Positions 14,460 to 22,653 of a stretch of DNA of 64,000 nucleotides are shown piece by piece; position 1 is the stretch's first letter, and the number at the start of each line of letters is the position of its first letter. The notes beneath the pieces are model-generated. The model searched no databases. It saw nothing but the letters and a program-made list of their open reading frames with translations, and was not told the DNA's origin. The stretch comes from Eledone cirrhosa (taxonomy: Eukaryota): positions 414,532,001 to 414,596,000 of the forward strand of contig OZ024741.1 of the NCBI GenBank assembly GCA_964016885.1, read 5' to 3'. The position numbers were made by a program, and so were the translations under genes.

Positions 14460-14559
14460 TGGTGTTAGGAAGGGCATCTAGCCTCAAGTGGGATAACTCT
14501 CGTCTAACCCATGCTAGCATGGAAGATAGACGTTAAATGATGATGATAATGATGATGAT
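14460..14559 (+). mobile_element. SINE-like fragment: TGTTAGGAAGGGCATC core, 3' end and (ATG)n tail
   Basis: GGTGTTAGGAAGGGCATCTAGCC resembles the conserved central motif of MetaSINE-type elements as recalled. It is followed by CCCATGCTAGCATGGAAGATAGACGTTAAA and (TGA)n. Confidence 0.6.
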
Positions 14560-14596
14560 ATAGATAGATAGGGGGAGAGAGAGAGAGAGAGAGAGA
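14557..14596. repeat. (GATA)n and (GA)n microsatellites
   Basis: TAGATAGATAG followed by a GA run. Confidence 0.9.
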
Positions 14597-14749
14597 AATA
14601 CTTCTATAAACAGACATAAATGAAATCTACCACATCATAGAAAGGAATACATTTTAAAGTTAATCTCTACATCTCTCTCACACTCCCCCATTCTCTCACA
14701 CTCCCCCTCACTCTTTCACTCACTCACGTTTTCTCTCTTTATCTCTTCA

Positions 14750-15180
14750 CCAACCCAATATGGTCTGATATGACCCAACCTAATATGGTCTGATATGACC
14801 CAGCCCAATATGGTCTGATATGACCCAACCCAATATGGTCTGATATGACCCAGGCAAATATGGTCTGATATGACCCAGGCCAATATGGTCTGATATGACC
14901 CAGGCCAATATGGTCTGATATGACCCAGCCCAATATGGTCTGATATGACCCAGCCCAATATGGTCTGATTATGACCCAGCACAATATGGTCTATGACCCA
15001 ACCCAATATTGTTCAATCTGACCCAGGCCAATATGGTCTGATATGACCCAACCCAATATGGTCTGATATGAGCCAGCGCAATATGGTTTGATATGACCCA
15101 ACCCAATATGGTCTGATATGACCCAACCCAATATGGTTCAATCTGACCCAGGCCAATATGTCTGATATGACCCAACCCAT
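14750..15180. repeat. 25-bp minisatellite, ~17 copies, built from five pentamers
   Basis: Unit ACCCA-ATATG-GTCTG-ATATG-ACCCA, with variants GCCCA/GGCCA. Confidence 0.95.
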
Positions 15181-15890
15181 TTCGATCCAATCCAGACCAT
15201 TTTGTTCCAGTCTGATCCAATATGGCCCAATCTGGTTCGGAACAATCCAATCCAGTCTGGTCTAATCAGGTTAGATCCAATCTGGTTTTATCTGATCCAG
15301 TTTTATCTGACTTGGTTTGATCTAATCTGGTCCAATCTGATCCAATCTGGTCTGATCCAATCTAGTTTGATAATATTTGGTTTAATCCAATCCAGTCTGA
15401 TCTGATTCAGTTTGATCTGATCTGGTTTGATCTGATCCAGTTTGTTCCAATCCGGTCTTATCCAGTCAGGTCTGATCTGATTCAGTTTGATCCAATTCAA
15501 TTTGGTCCAATCCAGACTGACTTTGTCAATTTTGATCTGATCCCATCTAATCCAATTCTGTTTGATCTGATCCAGTTTGATCTGATCCGGTTTGATCCAA
15601 TTCGGTCTGATCTGTTTTGATAATAATCAGTCTGATCCAATCCCTTTTTATCCAGTTCAGTTTGATCCGAATCGTTTTGATCCAATCCAGTTTAATTTGA
15701 TCCAATCTGATCCAATTCAGTTTGAACCAATCTGGTCTGATCTGATCCAGTTTGATCCAATCTGGTTTATCCAATCCAGTTTGTTCCAATTCAGTCTGAT
15801 CTTGTCAAGTTTGATCCAATCCGGTTTAGTTTAATCTGATCCAATCCAGTTTGATCTGATCTGATCCAGTTTAGCCCCATCCAATCAGAT
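15181..15890. repeat. Degenerate pentanucleotide repeat (ATCCA/ATCTG/GTTTG/GTCTG/ATTCA)
   Basis: A 5-bp period is maintained over ~700 bp with shuffled pentamer variants. Confidence 0.93.
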
Positions 15891-15967
15891 CAGAATTGAA
15901 CAGGATCATGCCATTATAAATACATGAAGTACAAATCAACAAGTCAGAATTCACTTCAGTCATTCAT

Positions 15968-16083
15968 AATTGCTGCCAGATTCAGGTGACAACCACCATA
16001 CAACAGCTATGACCTCATCAGACAATTGCTGTCAGATAGATTCAGATGACAACCACCATACAACAGCTACGACCTCATCAGAC
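15968..16083. repeat. Two-copy tandem duplication (56 and 60 bp)
   Basis: AATTGCTG(C/T)CAGA[TAGA]TTCAG(G/A)TGACAACCACCATACAACAGCTA(T/C)GACCTCATCAGAC occurs twice. Confidence 0.92.
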
Positions 16084-16352
16084 AGAAGTTGAACAGAAAA
16101 AACAGTAAAAACATGAAGACACAAAAATTATTCCTGTTGCTTCGACACATTGATGCACCCTGGGCCGATACCCAGTGTTGCCTTCCCAAAGCACCGGTGA
16201 CTCAGAATAAACAGCCCCACAGCATCAGCAATAGGAATACAGTAGGCCACTATCTACCAGTGAGAGGCTGCCTCACCACAACATCATCAAGCCATTGTGA
16301 ATTCCCTAGTGGTGCCATGGTTTGAGATTCTCCCTCCACTTGCTCAGGGATG

Positions 16353-16355
<3 letters not shown>

Positions 16356-16399
<44 letters not shown>
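16356..16399. repeat. (TA)n microsatellite
   Basis: Pure TA run directly preceding the 45-bp array. Confidence 0.97.
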
Positions 16400-16401
<2 letters not shown>

Positions 16402-16402
16402 G

Positions 16403-18480
16403 TGTGGACTGGGTGTTTTTGTTCTGGCACCAGCATCACCACCTTACAGAGTGGACTGGGTGTTTTTGTTGTGACCAGCATTACCACCTTACAGAGTGGA
16501 CTGGGTGTTTTTGTTGTGTGACCAGCATCACCACCTTACAGAGTGGACTGGGTGTTTTTGTTCTGGCACCAGCATTACCACCTTACAGAGTGGACTGGGT
16601 GTTTTTGTTGTGACCAGCATTACCACCTTACAGAGTGGACTGGGTGTTTTTGTTCTGGCACCAGCATTACCACCTTACAGAGTGGACTGGGTGTTTTTGT
16701 TGTGTGACCAGCATCACCACCTTACAGAGTGGACTGGGTGTTTTTGTTGTGACCAGCATTACCACCTTACAGAGTGGACTGGGTGTTTTTGTTGTGACCA
16801 GCATTACCACCTTACAGAGTGGACTGGGTGTTTTTGTTGTGTGACCAGCATCACCACCTTACAGAGTGGACTGGGTGTTTTTGTTGTGACCAGCATTACC
16901 ACCTTACAGAGTGTACTGGGTGTTTTTCTTGTGTCACCAGCATTACCACCTTACAGAGTGTACTGGGTGTTTTTGTTTGTGTCACCAGCATTACCACCTT
17001 ACAGAGTGAACTGGGTGTTTTTGTTGTGGCACCAGCATTACCACCTTACAGAGTGTACTGGGTGTTTTTGTTTGTGTCACCAGCATTACCACCTTACAGA
17101 GTGTACTGGGTGTTTTTGTTGTGACCAGCATTACCACCTTAGAGTGGACTGGGTGTTTTTGTTGTGACCAGCATTACCACCTTACAGAGTGGACTGGGTG
17201 TTTTTGTTGTGTGACCAGCATCACCACCTTACAGAGTGGACTGGGTGTTTTTGTTGTGACCAGCATTACCATCTTACAGAGTGGACTGGGTGTTTTTGTT
17301 GTGACCAGCATTACCACCTTACAGAGTGGACTGGGTGTTTTTGTTCTGGCACCAGCATTACCACCTTACAGAGTGTACTGGGTGTTTTTGTTGTGTGACC
17401 AGCATCACCACCTTACAGAGTGGACTGGGTGTTTTTGTTGTGACCAGCATTACCACCTTACAGAGTGTACTGGGTGTTTTTGTTGTGACCAGCATTACCA
17501 CCTTACAGAGTGTACTGGGTGCTTTTGTTGTGACCAGCATTACCACCTTACAGAGTGGACTGGGTGTTTTTGTTGTGACCAGCATTACCACCTTACAGAG
17601 TGTACTGGGTGTTTTTCTTGTGTCACCAGCATTACCACCTTACAGAGTGTACTGGGTGTTTTTGTTTGTGTCACCAGCATTACCACCTTACAGAGTGGAC
17701 TGGGTGTTTTTGTTGTGACCAGCATTACCACCTTACAGAGTGGACTGGGTGTTTTTGTTGTGACCAGCATTACCACCTTACAGAGTGGACTGGGTGTTTT
17801 TGTTGTGACCAGCATTACCACCTTACAGAGTGTACTGGGTGTTTTTGTTTGTGTCACCAGCATTACCACCTTACAGAGTGGACTGGGTGTTTTTGTTGGG
17901 ACCAGCATTACCACCTTACAGAGTGGACTGGGTGTTTTTGTTGTGTGACCTGCATTACCACCTTACAGAGTGGACTGGGTGTTTTTGTTGTGACCAGCAT
18001 TACCACCTTACAGAGTGGACTGGGTGTTTTTGTTGGGACCAGCATTACCACCTTACAGAGTGGACTGGGTGTTTTTGTTGTGTGACCTGCATTACCACCT
18101 TACAGAGTGGACTGGGTGTTTTTCTTGTGTCACCAGCATTACCACCTTACAGAGTGGACTGGGTGTTTTTGTTGTGACACCAGCATTACCACCTTACAGA
18201 GTGGACTGGGTGTTTTTCTTGTGTCACCAGCATTACCACCTTACAGAGTGTACTGGGTGTTTTTCTTGTGGCACCAGCACTGCCATCTTACAGAGTGTAC
18301 TGGGTGTTTTTCTTGTGGCACCAGCACTGCCATCTTACAGAGTGTACTGGGTGTTTTTCTTGTGGCACCAGCACTGCCATCTTACAGAGTGTACTGGGTG
18401 TTTTTCTTGTGGCACCAGCACTGCCATCTTACAGTATACTAAGTGTTTTTTGGCATGACACCAACACTACCTCATTACAG
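16403..18480. repeat. 45-48-bp minisatellite, ~44 copies
   Basis: Consensus GTGGACTGGGTGTTTTTGTTGTGACCAGCATTACCACCTTACAGA, with length variants (CTGGCACC, GTGTGACC, TTGTGTCACC). The last copies diverge (GCACTGCCATC) and fade into unique sequence. Confidence 0.98.
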
Positions 18481-18598
18481 CAATAAGGTACTCATTATCC
18501 TTGGTTTTGTTGGGGAGATATGATAGAAATGATGGAAAGGGGAGAAAAGTAGAGATAAGTTAGAAAGATAGATAGCCCCAGTAAGGAAGTAAGATATA

Positions 18599-18828
18599 GA
18601 CTGATATGGTGTGATATAAAATATATAGAGTCAGTAAGACTGATATGGTTTGATATAAAATATATAGAGTCAGTAAGACTGATATGGTGTGATATAAAAT
18701 ATATAGAGTCAGTAAGACTGATATGGTGTGATATAAAATATATAGAGTCAGTAAGACTGATATGGTGTGATATAAAATATATAGAGTCAGTAAGACTGAT
18801 ATGGTGTGATATAAAATATATAGAGTCA
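18599..18828. repeat. AT-rich 39-bp minisatellite, ~6 copies, unrelated to the large 39-bp satellite
   Basis: Unit GACTGATATGGTGTGATATAAAATATATAGAGTCAGTAA. Confidence 0.97.
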
Positions 18829-18862
18829 TGTAAAATAGGAAAGGTAATGTTAAGAGGTTTAC

Positions 18863-18918
18863 CTTGACTACTTCTCTTTTCATACTCATAAAGAACTCCA
18901 GTATTTGAGAATGAAACA
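18863..18918 (-). CDS. Candidate internal coding exon (56 nt) of an unidentified spliced gene; peptide (M)FHSQILEFFMSMKREVVK
   Basis: Minus strand has a T-rich acceptor TATTTTCCTATTTAATATTTTTATTGTAG| and a donor AAG|GTAAAC. The frame with 2 leading nt is open and is phase-compatible with the exon at 22387-22473. Confidence 0.65.
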
Positions 18919-19353
18919 CTACAATAAAAATATTAAATAGGAAAATATTTTAGTAGAAGGTGACAATCAACACAATTATTATTATTGATAATAATTAGAA
19001 AGATGGTGGCCTGCTTGAAGAGGGAGCCATGTAATGTGGGTGGAATGGCTGATGTAGCAGATGTCTCTGGCCATTCTCCGTGGTATCAAGGTGACTATTG
19101 ACACAATTATTATCAACCATATAAAGATTTTTTTTTACATCGGTTTTGTTTAAGGCAATCATTTCCCAAACTATGAGATGAATTTATTTTTTACGGTTAA
19201 TTTTATCAACAAATAGCTTAGAAATATGTTAACAATGACCCCACTACCCTGGGGTGCTTGAAATATTGTAACGTACCCCGCCAGGGTAGATTCACTGAAA
19301 CATTTTTTTTTAATGTGCAAACATATATGTCTGCACATTAAACTATTTGTGTT

Positions 19354-19383
19354 GTTTCAATCCTGCTGAGGTCAACTTTGCCT
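19354..19383 (+). mobile_element. Short tRNA-SINE-like remnant
   Basis: B-box-like GTTTCAATCC followed by TGCTGAGGTCAACTTTGCCT, resembling a recalled cephalopod SINE segment. Only 30 bp long. Confidence 0.35.
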
Positions 19384-19422
19384 CTCTCCTATCAATTCTT
19401 CTTCCTTTCTCTCTCTCATATA

Positions 19423-19829
19423 TATACAGCTATGGTGCAGCCACACTTAGAATTTGCATCACCAGTCTGGAACCTCTATCTTGCTCAGAACATTGACCGC
19501 CTGGAAACTGTTCAAAGACTTGCAACCAAGTGAATACCCTACTCAGAACGCCTTGCTTCTCTGGGCATGGATACATTGAAGCTCCGACGTCTGGCAACTG
19601 ACTTGGTAAACACCCGCAAAATTATTAACCATCTTGCCAACAATAACCCTGGGCACCTTTTTGATTTCCATGTGTCTAACACACGTGGGCATGCCAACAA
19701 AGTCAGAAAACAGCACAGCTCCCATGACTTTCGGAAACATTTTTTCACGTTCAGAGTTGCTGAAGCATGGAACAAACTACCTTCATCAGTTGTTAGCTGT
19801 CGAGAGACTGCATCCTTTAAAACCTCCAT
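19423..19829 (+). pseudogene. Decayed LINE ORF2 (reverse transcriptase protein C-terminal region)
   Basis: In-frame TGA at 19531-19533, an apparent short in-frame deletion between IP and YSERL, and no RT core or endonuclease domain. Confidence 0.88.
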
Positions 19830-21111
19830 GGAACAAACTACCTGCATCAGTTATTAGTTGTCGAGACAGTGCATCCTTTAAAACCTCCATGGAACAAACT
19901 ACCTTCATCAGTTGTTAGCTGTCGAGACACTGCATCCTTTGAAACCTCCATGGAACAAACTACCTTCATCAGTTGTTAGCTGCTGAGACACTGCATCCTT
20001 TAAAACCTCCATGGAACAAACTACTTGCATCAGTTGTTAGCTGTCGAGACACTGCATCCTTTAAAACCTCCATGGAACAAACTACCTTCATCAGATGTTA
20101 GCTGTCGAGACACTGCATCCTTTAAAACCTCCATGGAACAATCTACCTTCATCAGTTGTCAGCTGTCGAGACACTGCATCCTTTAAAACCTCCATGGAAC
20201 AAACTACCTTCATCAGTTGTCAGCTGTCGAGACACTGCATCCTTTAAAACCTCCATGGAACAAACTACCTTCATCAGTTGTTAGCTGTCGAGACACTGCA
20301 TCCTTTAAAACCTCCATGGAACAATCTACCTTCATCAGTTGTCAGCTGTCGAGACACTGCATCCTTTAAAACCTCCATGGAACAAACTACCTTCATCAGT
20401 TGTTAGCTGTCGAGACACTGCATCCTTTAAAACCTCCATGGAACAAACTACTTTCATCAGTTGTCAGCTGTCGAGACACTGCATCCTTTAAAACCTCCAT
20501 GGAACAAACTTCCTGCATCAGTTATTAGCTGTTGAGACACTGCATCCTTTAAAACCTCCATGGAACAAACTACCTACATCAGTTGTTAGTTGTCGAGACA
20601 CTGCATCCTTTAAAACCTCCATGGAACAAACTACCTTCATCAGTTGTTAGCTGTCGAGACACTGCATCCTTTAAAACCTCCATGGAACAAACTACCTGCA
20701 TCAGTTGTTAGCTGGCGAGACACTGCATCCTTTAAAACCTCCATGGAACAAACTACCTGCATCAGTTGTTAGTTGTCGAGACACTGCATCCTTTAAAACC
20801 TCCATGGAACAAACTACCTTCATCAGTTGTTAGCTGTCGAGACACTGCATCCTTTAAAACCTCCATGGAACAAACTACCTGCATCAGTTGTTAGCTGGCG
20901 AGACACTGCATCCTTTAAAACCTCCATGGAACAAACTACCTTCATCAGTTGTTAGCTGTCGAGACACTGCATCCTTTAAAACCTCCATGGAACAAACTAC
21001 CTGCATCAGTTGTTAGCTGTCGAGACACTGCATCCTTTAAAACCTCCATGGAACAAACTACCTTCATCAGTTGTTAGCTGTCGAGACACTGCACCCTTTA
21101 AAACCTCCATG
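19766..21111. repeat. 61-bp minisatellite, 22 copies, derived from LINE ORF2 coding sequence
   Basis: Unit CATGGAACAAACTACCTTCATCAGTTGTTAGCTGTCGAGACACTGCATCCTTTAAAACCTC. CATG recurs every 61 bp from 19766 to 21108. Confidence 0.98.
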
Positions 21112-21464
21112 CTTCCTGAGATTCACCAACACTACACTTAATATTCCCCCTCCATACATACACACACATGTATATCATGACTCATACACTATTCACTTCC
21201 CTGACATTTGTACATTATTCTATGTACTATACATGCCCCTTTGATGAGTTGTAGTGCACCTGAACACTGTACACAATAATTTCATTATTATTATTATTCT
21301 ATTGTTATATATATATCTTTCTTACTTCCCCTCTATCGCCCCCCCCCCCCCCGTCCTCTCTCACTCTCAGTCCTTCTCTGAAAGAAATCTGCTGTGTTCA
21401 GAGAAGATGGACTCAGCCATGTTTAAAAATGCCTAACAAACACGATATTGGCCTACAGTACTCC

Positions 21465-22350
21465 TACAACCCCATCAGGAGTTACAGGCCCATAGATATA
21501 TACATCTAGCCCTAGCTCAGTGGTAACCCTAGCTCAGTGGTACCCCTAGCTCAGTGGTACCCCTACGACCCTATCAGGAGTTACCATAGATACATACCTT
21601 TAGCCCTAGCTCAGTGGTACCCCTAGCTCAGTGGTATTCTTAGCTCAGTGGCATCCCTATCTCAGTGGTAACCCTAGCTCAGTAGTACCCCTAGCTCAGT
21701 GGTACCCCTAGCTCAGTGGTACCCCTAGCTCAGTAGTACCCCTAACTCAGTGGTACCCCTAGCTCAGTGGTAACCCTAGCTCAGTAGTACCCCTAACTCA
21801 GTGGTACCCCTAGCTCAGTGGTACCCCTAGCTCAGTGGTAACAATAGCTCAGTGGTACCCCTACGACTCCATCAGGAGTTACAGGTCCATAGATATATAC
21901 ATCTCGCCCTAGCTCAGTGGTAACCCTAGCTCAGTGGTACCCCTAGCTTAGTGGTACCCCTAGCTTAGTGGTACCCCTAACTCAGTGGTACCCCTAACTC
22001 AGTGGTACCCCTACCACTCCATCAGGAGTTACAGGTTCATAGATATATACATCTAGCCCTAGCAGTGGTACCCCTAGCTCAGTGGTAACGCTAGCTCAGT
22101 GGTAACCCTATGACCCTATCAGGAGTTACCATAGATACATACCTTTAGCCCTAGATCAGTGGTAACCCTAGCTCAGTGGTACACCTAGCTTAGTGGTACC
22201 CCTACTCAGTGGTACCCCTAGCTCAGTGGTACCCTAGCTCAGTGTTACCCCTAGCTTAGTGGTACCCCTACTCAGTGGTACCCCTAGCTTAGTGGTACCC
22301 CTACTCAGTGGTACCCCTACCACTCCATCAGGAATTACAGATCCATAAAT
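21465..22350. repeat. Composite repeat: runs of a 17-bp unit separated by six related ~40-45-bp linkers
   Basis: Unit AGCTCAGTGGTACCCCT. Linkers contain CCATCAGGAGTTACAGG.CCATAGATATATACATCTAG (type A: ~21472, ~21869, ~22019, ~22325) or CCTATCAGGAGTTACCATAGATACATACCTTTAG (type B: ~21570, ~22115). Confidence 0.93.
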
Positions 22351-22386
22351 ATATACAAATATACAGAAAACAAGATATCGACTTAC

Positions 22387-22473
22387 TGCTGGTTTCAGTG
22401 TGTTGGAAGACTATCGTAATAATTGCAGCTGCTGATTCACTTGCATATGTAGGTTCTTCACGACCAAACGTAC
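22387..22473 (-). CDS. Candidate internal coding exon (87 nt, phase 1-1) of an unidentified spliced gene; peptide xTFGREEPTYASESAAAIITIVFQHTETS
   Basis: Minus strand has an acceptor TATACTTGCAG| and a consensus donor |GTAAGT. Only one of three frames is open, and its trailing A joins TG of the next exon to form ATG in frame. The sequence is non-repetitive and lies between repeats. Confidence 0.68.
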
Positions 22474-22485
22474 CTGCAAGTATAC

Positions 22486-22563
22486 ATCATAGTCATCATT
22501 ATCACCATCATCACTATGATGATTATCATCAACATCATTATAATCACCATCACCATCATCATT
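22486..22563. repeat. Degenerate (CAT)n trinucleotide repeat
   Basis: CATCATAGTCATCATTATCACCATCATCAC...; it explains the poly-His in the 22308 ORF. Confidence 0.9.
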
Positions 22564-22653
22564 CAACTCCTGATTTCCCTGCAGCAAAGGTTAAACAGGT
22601 CAGCAACCAACCAGGTCAGTACTTCAGCAGAGCCAATGACCTCAAAGATGGGC

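Larger units (their letters stand above)
19423..21298 (+). mobile_element. 5'-truncated CR1/L2-clade LINE: ORF2 C-terminus, 3' UTR and (ATT)n tail, interrupted by an internal 61-bp tandem expansion
   Basis: Frame from 19423 reads YTAMVQPHLEFASPVWNLYLAQNIDRLETVQRLATK*IPYSERLASLGMDTLKLRRLATDLVNTRKII...TRGHANKVRKQHSSHDFRKHFFTFRVAEAWNKLPSSVVSCRETASFKTSM. This matches the CR1-type post-RT motifs (VRPHLEY..VW.P, LE.VQRRATK, Y.ERL..L.L..L..RR, TRGH, FF..RV...WN.LP..VV). It resumes after the array as MLPEIHQHYT* (stop 21139-21141) and ends in (ATT)n at ~21284-21298. Confidence 0.9.

Noticed and set aside
16089-16355. GC-richer unique segment with a 78-aa plus-strand ORF and possible minus-strand exon boundaries
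   Set aside because: No recognisable protein motif and no convincing polypyrimidine acceptor/donor pair; cannot be supported from sequence alone.
14716-18486. Numerous overlapping ORFs in the 25-bp, pentamer and 45-bp repeats
   Set aside because: They are translations of tandem repeats in multiple frames and strands, with no coding signature.
18560-18919. 119-aa minus-strand ORF as a complete gene
   Set aside because: Only the first ~19 codons coincide with the candidate exon; the rest reads through the donor into the AT-rich 39-bp repeat.
19410-21320. Target-site duplication around the LINE
   Set aside because: Both flanks are TA/CT low-complexity sequence, so no unambiguous TSD can be defined.
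21510-21560. tRNA gene suggested by TAGCTCAGTGGTA
   Set aside because: No anticodon arm, T-arm/B-box or acceptor stem; the motif is simply tandemly repeated.
21465-22350. CRISPR-like alternation of repeats and spacers
   Set aside because: The linkers are copies of each other rather than unique spacers, the repeats are directly tandem, there are no cas genes, and the context is eukaryotic.
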